Numbered from the stretch's first letter, positions 7,779-17,504 are shown. The stretch is DNA of 57,665 bases from Candidatus Parcubacteria bacterium (GCA_019661865.1 JAIFWJ010000004.1:1-57665), one strand, 5' to 3'. Numbers and translations are program-made. Notes: a model not told the origin generated them from the sequence alone.

Positions 7779-9457
7779 GTTGTTACTGGAACGGGCTGAA
7801 TCTCTTGAACCTTTCTTCTCTTAGATCTCCGTATGACGAGAATGATTATTAAGATACCTACGATTGGGAACCCCACATTCCTAGCAGTTGTCGTTGAGAC
7901 ACCGAAGAAACTTTGACCAACCTTTAGAGCTCCATTTATTTTCTTCATTCCTTGATTTTTATAATCAAGTACAGTGATACTTACCTTATAGTTCTGAGTT
8001 ACGAGAGGCGAGATAGTTGCTTCATATCTAGTCTTGTCTCTATTAACTCTTAATATGAAGCTGAAAGTTTCTGGATTATTACCTAAGGTAGTCAGGGTTA
8101 CAGCAATGGTTTTCAGTACTGGTGGTACTTTGTAATATTTGAGAGCTACAGTTATGTCTTCACTGGCATTCAGATGAATAGTGTCATCGATAACAGGTAG
8201 ACTATCTCCGTGTTGGATAAAAAGAAAGTCTTTAAGTTGAAGAGCAGCTATAGCTGGGTCAACATTTGTGGCTAGGGGGACATTTTCAATTGGAGGTATC
8301 TCAGTAGGAACTTGGGTGGCTGGAACAATCTTCCCCGCCCCTACTACTCCTGAAGAGAAATTACCAGACTGATCTTTAGCGAAGATTGTATAGTAGTAAG
8401 TCACACCTTCTTCCACTTCCCTATCTACAAATTCTTGGGCATTACCTTCGAAGACAATTTCTCCTTCATCTGGTGAAGATCCATAAAAGCTTGTCGAGCG
8501 GACGATTCTCACTCCTATTGCATCAATTGGATTTTTCCATGTGAGATCTAGGGTCTTTTCTTTCTGGGTAACTTTAAAATTGGAGATGTTCGGTGGTGCT
8601 ACGGTTATGGGAAGACTCATGGTTCTAAAGGGTATTTGTTCCATGATCGTCTGCTGACCGTTATCTCCTGTTACCAAGATCCTTAAGAGATAAGGGGTAT
8701 CAGACTTGAGATCTGTAATTAAGAACTGGTGTTGTGTTAAATTGAAATCTTCTCCAGTATTTCCATCTAGATAAGAACTATCAAGTCCCCAGGACAGAAT
8801 GGCTTTAGCCGGCAAAGAAGTACTGAATAAAACAATAGAAGAATTATTGGCTGGGATGACAGATAGACTCACTATCTGAGGAGTCCTCCTAGAACTTGAG
8901 GTGGTTACTGAGCCAGCTGCTAAGGTTCTACCTGTAGTTGTGGCCGACCATAGAGACTCATTGCCATCATCGTCTAAGGCTGAGACGTTGTATAAATAGT
9001 TTGTCTCTGCGGTCAAACCTCCAGAATCAACATAAGTAGTAGGAAATGCAGATGTATCTCCCACTAGAGTGCCATCTCTATATATGCGGTATCGAGCTAC
9101 TCCTAAGGAACCAGTGGAAGCTGTCCAATCAAGTTCTATTCTTTCTCTACTCTGACCAGTAGCAGTTAGACCAGTAGGTTGAGTCGGAGGAGTGGTAGTA
9201 CCAATATTTAGTCTCATTCCTTGATATCCAGCTTCAAAGAGTTTAAAGCTTGTACTGTGAGACCTTCCAGTAGCTACTTCCCCAGCTGTGTCTTCTAGAC
9301 TGTAAGTTGGAGAAGCAGATCTCACTCCAGCAACGTTTATGCTATCGCTCTCCATTTTGTATGTACCAGAGTTCATAACACTCTGAGCTAGTACCGAGTT
9401 GGTAAGTGTCATGCTCAACATGAGAGCGATTAATACTTTATAATTCTTTATTCTCAT
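7775..9457 (-). CDS. Secreted fibronectin-type-III-domain protein with a C-terminal membrane anchor
   Basis: Signal peptide MRIKNYKVLIALMLSMTLTNSVLAQS. FN3 modules are visible in PTGLTATGQSRERIELDWTAS..YRIYRDG..YLYNVSALDDDGNES and PPNISNFKVTQKEKTLDLTWKNP..YYYTIFAKDQSGNFS. The C-terminus is FPIVGILIIILVI followed by RRSKRRK. ATGA overlaps link it to both neighbours. Confidence 0.85.
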   Translation of the reverse strand: MRIKNYKVLIALMLSMTLTNSVLAQSVMNSGTYKMESDSINVAGVRSASPTYSLEDTAGEVATGRSHSTSFKLFEAGYQGMRLNIGTTTPPTQPTGLTATGQSRERIELDWTASTGSLGVARYRIYRDGTLVGDTSAFPTTYVDSGGLTAETNYLYNVSALDDDGNESLWSATTTGRTLAAGSVTTSSSRRTPQIVSLSVIPANNSSIVLFSTSLPAKAILSWGLDSSYLDGNTGEDFNLTQHQFLITDLKSDTPYLLRILVTGDNGQQTIMEQIPFRTMSLPITVAPPNISNFKVTQKEKTLDLTWKNPIDAIGVRIVRSTSFYGSSPDEGEIVFEGNAQEFVDREVEEGVTYYYTIFAKDQSGNFSSGVVGAGKIVPATQVPTEIPPIENVPLATNVDPAIAALQLKDFLFIQHGDSLPVIDDTIHLNASEDITVALKYYKVPPVLKTIAVTLTTLGNNPETFSFILRVNRDKTRYEATISPLVTQNYKVSITVLDYKNQGMKKINGALKVGQSFFGVSTTTARNVGFPIVGILIIILVIRRSKRRKVQEIQPVPVTT

Positions 9458-10287
9458 TTTTGCTTACTACTTATCGGCACCATTACGAATACATAATTCT
9501 TTGTCTCTTCACCAGGACGGAAGATAGGAGTCACAATTCCTGAACTTCCACTCTCGTCGAATGCCACATTTACCTGGTCAGAAAAAGCATTCTTAACTGT
9601 TTCAACAGATTGTTCGGACTGACTAGACTCTGGGAAGATAACTATCCCCTGTGAGTTAACTGCTGGGGTTGTAGCCACCGCAGGACTTTTCTTAAAAAGT
9701 AGGACCACGTTATTCCAGCCATTCTTTACAGTATCCACTACTGAGGCACTTACTGACTGGCTTTGGATTATTTTTGTGTTTAGTAAAACTGAATATCCAA
9801 TGCCGAGGATTAGGAGAACCATAATTACATTTGTGAGCACCCTATGGCGAACATTGTTTACTTTCTTACTATTAACAAGAAAAGCATCATGCTTTTTCAT
9901 TAAAATAGAGACCGGGTTCGGTTTCTTGTATTCATATTTAAATTTCGACTCAAAAACGTGTGATCTCGGCAAGTCGAGAACGAGAGATGTGGCACTGCTA
10001 TTCAAATTGCTACCATATGCATTTACTGAAGTGTCTGGTAACTTTTCGACAGTATTAGAAGTATTAGATTCATGAAGATCTTCTTTCTTTTTACTTTTTC
10101 CAGCCTTATTTATCTGATGATCTCGGAGAGCCGAGAAGTCTAGATACCATGTTCTTCCGACCATTCTAGCTGGAATTTTTTTACCTCGACACAATTGACT
10201 CAAGTAATCAGAAGCATAACCAGTTCTCTCACTAGCGCGGCCAACAGACGTGTACTGCTTTCCGTCTAGGAAAAGATCTTCATTCAT
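9454..10287 (-). CDS. Membrane-tethered protein with an N-terminal MerR/excisionase-type HTH and an extracytoplasmic C-terminal domain
   Basis: YTSVGRASERTGYASDYLSQLCRGKKIPARMVGRTWYLDFSAL resembles HTH_17/MerR-like DNA-binding motifs. There is a single TM helix, VLTNVIMVLLILGIGYSVLL, followed by about 100 aa. It is the first gene of the operon. Confidence 0.8.
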   Translation of the reverse strand: MNEDLFLDGKQYTSVGRASERTGYASDYLSQLCRGKKIPARMVGRTWYLDFSALRDHQINKAGKSKKKEDLHESNTSNTVEKLPDTSVNAYGSNLNSSATSLVLDLPRSHVFESKFKYEYKKPNPVSILMKKHDAFLVNSKKVNNVRHRVLTNVIMVLLILGIGYSVLLNTKIIQSQSVSASVVDTVKNGWNNVVLLFKKSPAVATTPAVNSQGIVIFPESSQSEQSVETVKNAFSDQVNVAFDESGSSGIVTPIFRPGEETKNYVFVMVPISSKQK

Positions 10288-10547
10288 TCATAAAATTATA
10301 AAAGTAGTAACTAATCAAAAACAGCCAAGAATATGGATTTTATGTGGATAGTTAAAAATCAATTTTCAAAGATATTTTGACTTAAATTTCATTTTTATTG
10401 AAAATGGCTACAAGGACTTAGGGCATTTCAACAGGCTGAAAGATGAGCTACCCAAGATATAGTTATTAACATCTGGAGACCTTGATAAAAAGGCTCAACT
10501 TTATATCATAGTGTAGTAAGGTTTATAATTCTTTCAGCCTTAAAACC

Positions 10548-10787
10548 ATGTCTAGAGAAATCTACTTCACTATCAAAGAGGCATCCGAAATCTTAGGAGT
10601 ATCTCCATTAACGCTTAGAAATTGGGATAAAAGCGGAAAGTTTCCTGCACAACGACACCCCATGAACAACTATCGTGTCTATAGGCTATCTCAGCTCGAA
10701 AGGGTTATTGAAGACATAGAAAGTAACACTACCAGAAGTAATGCTGAGAAACGCATCAAGAAACTTCTTATAAGACACGAGGAATAG
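10548..10787 (+). CDS. Small MerR/excisionase-family HTH DNA-binding protein
   Basis: 79 aa. YFTIKEASEILGVSPLTLRNWDKSGKFPAQRHPMNNYRVYRLSQLE is a classic MerR-type HTH-wing signature. It is divergent from the surface operon across a 260-bp AT-rich spacer. A TATAAT box lies at 10524-10529. Confidence 0.8.
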   Translation: MSREIYFTIKEASEILGVSPLTLRNWDKSGKFPAQRHPMNNYRVYRLSQLERVIEDIESNTTRSNAEKRIKKLLIRHEE

Positions 10788-10790
10788 ATT

Positions 10791-12194
10791 CTATTTGTCG
10801 AGTTGTTTTTTTAGTATTTCCTTAACTGCTACAGGATTTGCACCTCTGAAATTTTTCATAGCTTGGCCGATTAAGAATTGCAACGAATTAATATTTCCAG
10901 ATTTGTATTCATTAACTGCTTTTCCATTTTCAGAAATAACTTTCAGAACAACTGACTTCAAAGCATCTCCATCGGATGTCTGGAACAATTTAAGTCTCTC
11001 TGCTATATCTCGGGCTTCACCTCCCTCAGTTATCATAGTCTTCAAAATATCTTTAGTAGCCCGAGATGAAAGTTCTCCCTTATGGGTCATAAGTAAAAGA
11101 TTCTTAAATGATAGCGGTGAAATAGAAATTTTATTTTCACCTTCATTTAAATAGTTTAATAAATCCGAGACAATGTAATTAGAAATTAATTTACCAAATT
11201 CTTTAGATTCTCCATTTGCAGCTTCTTCGAAAAACTTTCCAAGTTTTTGATTTCTTATATACACTTCCGCATCTTCTGATTTAATTCCAATGTCCTTATA
11301 ATACTCGCGCTTTTCTTCTGGTAGTAAGGGCAGGCTTTCCTTAAGCTCCTTAATACTAAACTCGGAAATTTGAGATATATGAAGCTTCGGAAGATCAGGG
11401 TCTGGGAAGTACCTATAGTCATGGGACTCCTCCTTAGACCTTTGGGAGAACGTCACTTCCCTGTTTTCATCCCATCCTCGAGTCTCTTGTTTAATCTCTT
11501 CCCCTTTTTCTAACAATTCACTCTGTCTTTTTATTTCATACTCGATTGCTTTCTCTACAGCCTTAAATGAATTTAGGTTTTTTACTTCAACCTTTGTTCC
11601 TCTCTTACCTTTTTCTGCGAGAGAAATATTTGCTTCCACTCTCATCTCGCCTTTCTCCATGTTCGCATTGCTGGCATTAAGATACTTAAGTATAAGTTGA
11701 AGTTCCTTGGCGAAGGTCACCGCAGTCAGTGTGTCGTGTATGACTGGTTCAGTAACGAGTTCCATGAGTGGTACTCCAGCACGATTAAAATCCAAGAGGC
11801 TTGCACCTTCCATATCGTGAGTTGACTTAGCAGTATCTTCTTCAAGATGTACCCGGGTGATATCTACTCCTCTGAGTTTTCCACCAGAAACCAATGGAAA
11901 TTTATACTGACTGATCTGGTAACCCTTCGGAATATCTGGATAGAAATAATTCTTGCGATCAAACTCCGTATAATCTGCGAGCTTGCCTCCCACTGCTACT
12001 CCAAGGCGCAGCACCTGCCTTACTGCTTCTTTATTTACCACTGGGAGCGTACCCGGATAGCCCATGCACACAGGACATATATTTACATTGGGAGTTTCTT
12101 CTTCCGTGTCATTCGGTGAATCACAGAACATCTTGGTCTTGGTTTTTAACTCTGCATGTATCTCAAGACCTACGGTTAAGATATATTTAGACAT
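10791..12194 (-). CDS. gatB: Asp-tRNA(Asn)/Glu-tRNA(Gln) amidotransferase subunit B
   Basis: 467 aa. VGLEIHAELKTKTKMFC..NICPVCMGYPGTLPVVNKEAV and the C-terminal YqeY-like tail are characteristic of GatB. Confidence 0.95.
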   Translation of the reverse strand: MSKYILTVGLEIHAELKTKTKMFCDSPNDTEEETPNVNICPVCMGYPGTLPVVNKEAVRQVLRLGVAVGGKLADYTEFDRKNYFYPDIPKGYQISQYKFPLVSGGKLRGVDITRVHLEEDTAKSTHDMEGASLLDFNRAGVPLMELVTEPVIHDTLTAVTFAKELQLILKYLNASNANMEKGEMRVEANISLAEKGKRGTKVEVKNLNSFKAVEKAIEYEIKRQSELLEKGEEIKQETRGWDENREVTFSQRSKEESHDYRYFPDPDLPKLHISQISEFSIKELKESLPLLPEEKREYYKDIGIKSEDAEVYIRNQKLGKFFEEAANGESKEFGKLISNYIVSDLLNYLNEGENKISISPLSFKNLLLMTHKGELSSRATKDILKTMITEGGEARDIAERLKLFQTSDGDALKSVVLKVISENGKAVNEYKSGNINSLQFLIGQAMKNFRGANPVAVKEILKKQLDK

Positions 12195-13146
12195 TTGAGG
12201 TAAGAATACGGCTTAAACCTTTTATTAAGTCTTCATCTAATATAGAAACTGGATAAACCGGACTCCCCATACCCTCTAGGACTCTGATTTTCTTCTGTCT
12301 GTCGGCCTCCGTAAGAAGGTCCACCTTGGTAAGAAGGATGATCTCGGGCTTACTCACGATGTCTTTATTATAGAGGTCGAGCTCCTTACGAACAATCTTG
12401 TAGGCCTCCAACGGATCTGTCTCTTCGCTAGAAACACAATGAAGCAGAGCCCTAGTACGCTTTATATGACGGAGGAACTTGTGACCTAGACCCTTACCCT
12501 CTGAGGCACCTCTTATAAGTCCGGGTATGTCTCCCAAGATAAGCCCATATAATTCACCCAAATGGGGTTCGAGAGTGGTAAATGGGAAATCTCCTACACG
12601 AGACTTGGCCCGAGTAAGAGTATTTAATAGAGAGGACTTGCCTGCATTGGGCAAACCGATAAGTGCATAGTCCACTACAAGCTCAAGTTCAATATAGAAG
12701 TCAGCTTCCTCCCCCTCTTCTCCGGGAGTGCTTTCTCTGGGTCGGACGTTCGTAGAGGCCTTAAAATGATCGTTACCGAGTCCTCCTCTGCCTCCACTCA
12801 AGAGCTTTATCTCCTCGCCTTCTTCCTCAAGTTGAAATGTATGCCCGGTGGTCTTATTGAGAATACGGGAGTGTATAGGCAGGTTAAGTATAAAAGAACT
12901 TCCTTCCTTGCCCTGCTTTGTATCACTAGAACCATCTTCTCCATTTTCAGCTTCAAAATTCTTCTCTTGTTTGTAGGAAGATAGTATGGATACGTCTCTG
13001 ACGGCATGAGCTATGACATCTCCACCTTTGCCACCGTTACCACCTGAAGGGCCACCAAACTCCTTGCCCTTCTCATGTCTCCAGCGTACAACACCGCTGC
13101 CGCCTTTCCCTGCCTTTAAATGAAGTGTGACTTCGTCTATAAACAT
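12187..13146 (-). CDS. obg: GTPase Obg/CgtA
   Basis: MFIDEVTLHLKAGKGGSGVVRWRHEKGKEFGGPSGGNGGKGGDV is the Obg fold. The G domain shows GLPNAGKSSLLN, DIPGLI and TKVD. Confidence 0.93.
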   Translation of the reverse strand: MFIDEVTLHLKAGKGGSGVVRWRHEKGKEFGGPSGGNGGKGGDVIAHAVRDVSILSSYKQEKNFEAENGEDGSSDTKQGKEGSSFILNLPIHSRILNKTTGHTFQLEEEGEEIKLLSGGRGGLGNDHFKASTNVRPRESTPGEEGEEADFYIELELVVDYALIGLPNAGKSSLLNTLTRAKSRVGDFPFTTLEPHLGELYGLILGDIPGLIRGASEGKGLGHKFLRHIKRTRALLHCVSSEETDPLEAYKIVRKELDLYNKDIVSKPEIILLTKVDLLTEADRQKKIRVLEGMGSPVYPVSILDEDLIKGLSRILTSNV

Positions 13147-13155
13147 ACCTCCACC

Positions 13156-14028
13156 TTATGCATTTAATGCTTTTTGAGCAAGTTCTAGGGCTCCTTCTTT
13201 AGATCCACTTACTGCAATAAACAAGTCCCTATGCACAAAGAAAGCATCTTTGACTCCCGTGACTTCCTTGAGCCTGTCCCCGGTTTCTCCGGCCCATGAT
13301 GCCGGGAGTGGTTTTTTCACTTCAAATCCTGTCATGGCTTTTCTTACTGCTCTTACTCCCCACTTACCGTCCTTTCTAGGATAAACCACGTACAAGGTTT
13401 CTGGTATTGGAGTTAGAACTTTCTTCCATGCACGTTCCTTGTCTAGTACTATGATTCTCTTGTCTGTTGTAGCTTCAAAAATTTTTCTTACTTCTTGCAT
13501 GTCCTGAAGTTCCAGTCCTGCCGCCTTGATCTTGCGCCCAAGGAGATCTTCGGCTACCTTGACCGCCTGCAAAAATACATCTCTTAAACCTTCTTCACTC
13601 GAATCGCTATAATCTCTGAAAGAACAAATGAAGTCATTTATCGTATACTCATGAACATTTTCAAAAAGCGGTGTAGATACTGCCACTCCGTTATCCATGG
13701 CATCAATTGGAATTACTAGTTGATCCTCAATCAAATCTGCAACTTCTTTTGATCCGCTCACTTTCTCCCCAAATGCTTTCCACACCAAACCGAATGAAGC
13801 GTACGGAATACCATTCGGCCTCTCACCTGCTCCTCCAAGTTGATGATGGTCGAAGTGGCCCAAGACTGGGTCATATTCGAAACCTACGTCTACTATGTAG
13901 TCAGCCCCATTGAAGTCTTCAGGATTCCTACTCCTTACTACGTGAGAACCAGGATAAAGAAGAAGGAGCGTCGCGACTGCGAAAACATCGTCGGCGTGGT
14001 AGTCGCCGTTGTGGGTAACTATTTTCAT
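13156..14028 (-). CDS. MYG1/UPF0160-family metal-dependent hydrolase
   Basis: MKIVTHNGDYHADDVFAVATLLLLYP and GHFDHHQ motifs are typical of the MYG1 family. Confidence 0.85.
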   Translation of the reverse strand: MKIVTHNGDYHADDVFAVATLLLLYPGSHVVRSRNPEDFNGADYIVDVGFEYDPVLGHFDHHQLGGAGERPNGIPYASFGLVWKAFGEKVSGSKEVADLIEDQLVIPIDAMDNGVAVSTPLFENVHEYTINDFICSFRDYSDSSEEGLRDVFLQAVKVAEDLLGRKIKAAGLELQDMQEVRKIFEATTDKRIIVLDKERAWKKVLTPIPETLYVVYPRKDGKWGVRAVRKAMTGFEVKKPLPASWAGETGDRLKEVTGVKDAFFVHRDLFIAVSGSKEGALELAQKALNA

Positions 14029-14034
14029 GTTTAT

Positions 14035-14409
14035 TTAAGACGGAAGCGCGCAGGAACTCTTAGTGGCTAAGGTGTTTAAAGTCTGTTCTCCAGTAAGTCT
14101 TTCTCCATTAGGGAATTCCCAAGTGGGATAACTCTTTACCTTGGCTGTATTACAGGTCTCATTCTGGCTTTGGCCATCGGGGTTAGAACACTCTATATAA
14201 GGAAGGAGTTTAACGGAGGAACCAAATAGAGCTTTCTGGGCCTGGCAATGTGGACACCAGAAGGCTCCATAAAACTTGACTCCTTGAGTCTTAAGGCATG
14301 TGGCGAAAGCGTCTAACTTACCAGGCTTACCAGGAGTAAGGACAAGCCAGGTGACCAACCCTACGAAAATAATCACCAAAATCCAAGAAATTACTGATTT
14401 TTTAGACAT
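14035..14409 (-). CDS. Membrane-anchored thioredoxin-fold thiol:disulfide oxidoreductase (VKOR-associated Trx-like type)
   Basis: N-terminal TM helix. FYGAFWCPHCQAQKALFG carries a CxxC motif, and YPTWEF matches Trx-like domains fused to bacterial VKOR. A TATAAT box lies 6 nt before the ATG. Confidence 0.75.
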   Translation of the reverse strand: MSKKSVISWILVIIFVGLVTWLVLTPGKPGKLDAFATCLKTQGVKFYGAFWCPHCQAQKALFGSSVKLLPYIECSNPDGQSQNETCNTAKVKSYPTWEFPNGERLTGEQTLNTLATKSSCALPS

Positions 14410-14424
14410 GTACGTATTATAACA

Positions 14425-14955
14425 CTACTTAAATATCGAATTACCGAAAACCATTGCTCCACTAAATAAAAGTATCACACGGACAAATATGCCTGAGAAT
14501 GTAAGTAACGTATAAGTGACAACATTCATACGTACGATACCTGCAAGCACAGTGAGGAGGGTGGTAGGCGTAAACGGAAGACATCGCGAGATAAATAAAA
14601 TGACTTCATCGGATTTCCTATGGGACAAGTTCTCTCTTAACTTCTCTACATCATCCCAAGAAAATCCGAACCATTTACTCCACTTAAGAATAGCCTGTTT
14701 TCCTCCGAAGTATGCAAGACAGTATATAACTAGAGAACCCAATGTCGCTCCTCCTGTAATAGGCAGAACTACCACTATCAGTGCTTTAACGATAAGGCCA
14801 ACAGTTATAGTCTTCCCATAAAAAAATGCTACTCCTGCTAGTAAAAGAGGCAGAGGAAGTGGAGCTAGGACCTCTTCACAGAACGCACCTATAAAAAATC
14901 CCAACGCCCCTATGGCACCTGCTTGAACAATAAGATTCTGTATAAACTCAAACAT
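14425..14955 (-). CDS. DedA/VTT-domain membrane protein
   Basis: Polytopic. The FISRCLPFTPTTLLTVLAGIVRMN region resembles DedA/SNARE-associated family re-entrant motifs. Confidence 0.7.
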   Translation of the reverse strand: MFEFIQNLIVQAGAIGALGFFIGAFCEEVLAPLPLPLLLAGVAFFYGKTITVGLIVKALIVVVLPITGGATLGSLVIYCLAYFGGKQAILKWSKWFGFSWDDVEKLRENLSHRKSDEVILFISRCLPFTPTTLLTVLAGIVRMNVVTYTLLTFSGIFVRVILLFSGAMVFGNSIFK

Positions 14956-17427
14956 TTATAAGTTGGCTCCGTGACACTTCTTAAACTTCTTTCCCGAGCC
15001 GCACCAGCACGGATCGTTTCTACCTATAGACTTACCTTCTGGAGTGACAGCTCTTTTAACTTCTGATCTTACCTCCGCAACTCCTCGTGCATCACTTTCT
15101 ATAGCCGTGGCTTCGACTTGAAGTGACACCCCCGGACTAAGAGCTATTACGAATTCTGCCATTTGTGTAGCAATGGATCTTTCTAGATTTCTAAACATCA
15201 TGAGTCCTTCCTTTTTATACTCCACCAGTGGATCTCTCTGGCCATAGGCACGTAAGTTTACACTGGAACGGAGATACTCCATGTTCTCAAGGTGGTCTAC
15301 CCAAAAGGTATCTATAGTCTGGAGCATAATGCGCCTTAAGGATTCTATAGATTCGCTCTTATCTAGAGCCTTAAGTTTCTCCAATGCCTTATCTTTAAGC
15401 TCGGAGTCTAATTGAGCAATCATTTCTATAAAGATGACTTCTACCTTTCCATCTCTGTCTGTAAGAATTGCTCTTCTGCGATTATATATAATTGATCGCT
15501 GATAATTTAAAACATCGTCAAACTCCAAGACGTGCTTTCTAGCATCGAAGTTGAACCCTTCGATGCGCTCTTGGGCCTTTTCGAGTGAGTTAGTGATCAG
15601 TTTATTCTGAATTGGTTCATCTTCAGGGATATTGAAGCGACCCATCATCTTCTTTATGGTATCCGTGGCAAAGATTCTCATGAGGTTATCTTCAAGTGAG
15701 ACGAAGAATTGTGTCTCACCAGGATCCCCCTGACGACCCGAACGACCTCTGAGCTGGTTATCAATCCTCCTGGCATCGTGTCGCTCAGTACCAAGTACAA
15801 ATAGTCCGCCTATAGACTTCACTTCTTCCCTTTCTGCATCGCTTCCTGGATTTCCTCCAAGTTTAATGTCCACTCCACGACCTGCCATGTTGGTAGCAAT
15901 GGTTACTCCTCCGCGCCGTCCAGCTTGAGCAACGATCTCTCCTTCTCTCTCGTGATTTTTAGCATTCAGGACTTCATGCGGGACACTTTCACTCTTAAGA
16001 AAGGCCGAGAGAAGCTCATTATTCTCAATCGACACAGTGCCGATGAGCACTGGCTGACCCTTGTTATGAAGTTCCTTAACTTTCTTAGCCACTGCTTTAT
16101 ATTTACCATTTACTGTTTGGAATATGAGATCATCGTGGTCAATGCGAGCCACGGACTTGTTTGTGGGTATAACATAAGTTTCGAGTCCATAGACCTTATA
16201 GAATTCTTCCTTGGACGTAGCGGCGGTACCTGTCATACCAGAAAGTTTTTTGTACATTCTGAAGTAATTTTGGTATGTGATAGAGGCGAAAGTGCGTGAC
16301 TCTTCCTTGATCCTTACTCCTTCCTTGGCCTCAATAGCTTGGTGGAGTCCTTCTGACCAGCGACGCCCTGGTTGCATTCTACCTGTAAAAGAATCCACGA
16401 TCACAACTTCACCATCTTTAATCACGTAATCCACATCATTTATATATAAGGCCTTGGCCTTAACTGCTGTCTCGAGATGGTGTACATATTTGACTCCTCC
16501 TTCTGTGTAAATATTTTCAATTCCTAATTGTCTCTCTGCCTCGGATATACCTTCTTGGGTAAGAGTAACAGCACGAAGTTTCTCGTCCTTTGTGTAGTGA
16601 GTATCTTCGGACAGTTTCTGCGCGATCTTAGCAAATCTGTCATACATCTCCCCTGCAGCACCGGTGTTTGCCGAGATGATAAGTGGCGTACGTGCTTCAT
16701 CTATAAGGATAGAGTCTACTTCATCGACAATGGCATAGTTAAATGTTCGCTGTGCTACATCGTCCTTTCTGTATACTAGATTATCCCTAAGGTAATCAAA
16801 GCCGAATTCATTGTTCGTCCCATATGTTATATCGGCATTATAAGCTTCTTGCTTATTAACCGGACGTAAAAACTCATGAACAACATGGAATGATCCAGTC
16901 TCATCGCGCTCTTTATCTTTATTTGTATGCTTTGGGTCATAAAGAAACGACTCTTGATGGTTTAAGACTCCTACTGAGAGCCCAAGAGCAGAATAAATTT
17001 GTCCCATCCACACTGCGTCACGTCTGGATAGATAGTCGTTTACCGTTACTACATGCACTCCTTCACCTGTTAAAGCGTTTAGATATGCTGGAAGAGTAGC
17101 TACCAGAGTCTTGCCTTCCCCAGTACGCATTTCTGAAATTCCGCCCTTATGAAGAGCTATACCACCAAGTATCTGCACATCGAAGTGTCTTTGCTCAAGT
17201 GTGCGTTTAGATGCTTCTCTGACAGAGGCGAAGGCTTCTGGGAGAATCTGGTCCAGACTTTCACCATTTTTTAGTCTGTTTTTAAACTCGTTTGTCTTAC
17301 TCCTAAGAACCTCGGGAGTAAGTGAGGAATACGCGTTTTCGTGCGCATTAACTTTCTCGACAATAGTGCGCCAAGAGTCGAGTTGTTTGCCTTCTGCATT
17401 ACCGAATAAACCCTTAAGAAAAGCCAT
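14956..17427 (-). CDS. secA: Preprotein translocase ATPase SecA
   Basis: 823 aa. Motifs MRTGEGKTLVATLPAYLNAL, DEVDSILIDEARTPLIIS and TNMAGRGVDIKLGG are present, along with the C-terminal zinc motif CWCGSGKKFKKCHG. Confidence 0.97.
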   Translation of the reverse strand: MAFLKGLFGNAEGKQLDSWRTIVEKVNAHENAYSSLTPEVLRSKTNEFKNRLKNGESLDQILPEAFASVREASKRTLEQRHFDVQILGGIALHKGGISEMRTGEGKTLVATLPAYLNALTGEGVHVVTVNDYLSRRDAVWMGQIYSALGLSVGVLNHQESFLYDPKHTNKDKERDETGSFHVVHEFLRPVNKQEAYNADITYGTNNEFGFDYLRDNLVYRKDDVAQRTFNYAIVDEVDSILIDEARTPLIISANTGAAGEMYDRFAKIAQKLSEDTHYTKDEKLRAVTLTQEGISEAERQLGIENIYTEGGVKYVHHLETAVKAKALYINDVDYVIKDGEVVIVDSFTGRMQPGRRWSEGLHQAIEAKEGVRIKEESRTFASITYQNYFRMYKKLSGMTGTAATSKEEFYKVYGLETYVIPTNKSVARIDHDDLIFQTVNGKYKAVAKKVKELHNKGQPVLIGTVSIENNELLSAFLKSESVPHEVLNAKNHEREGEIVAQAGRRGGVTIATNMAGRGVDIKLGGNPGSDAEREEVKSIGGLFVLGTERHDARRIDNQLRGRSGRQGDPGETQFFVSLEDNLMRIFATDTIKKMMGRFNIPEDEPIQNKLITNSLEKAQERIEGFNFDARKHVLEFDDVLNYQRSIIYNRRRAILTDRDGKVEVIFIEMIAQLDSELKDKALEKLKALDKSESIESLRRIMLQTIDTFWVDHLENMEYLRSSVNLRAYGQRDPLVEYKKEGLMMFRNLERSIATQMAEFVIALSPGVSLQVEATAIESDARGVAEVRSEVKRAVTPEGKSIGRNDPCWCGSGKKFKKCHGANL

Positions 17428-17473
17428 AAGAGGCCTATTTTAACACATTTTGAGCCTTTCTAGAAGTTTCAGA

Positions 17474-17504
17474 TAAAAGAAAAGACGCTCTTGCGGGAGC
17501 GCCT
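17474..17504 (-). terminator. Rho-independent terminator (minus strand)
   Basis: The minus RNA reads GGCGCUC-ccgcaa-GAGCGUC followed by UUUUCUUUU. The stem has a G-U pair on the minus strand but an A-C mismatch on the plus strand, which favours minus orientation. Confidence 0.6.
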
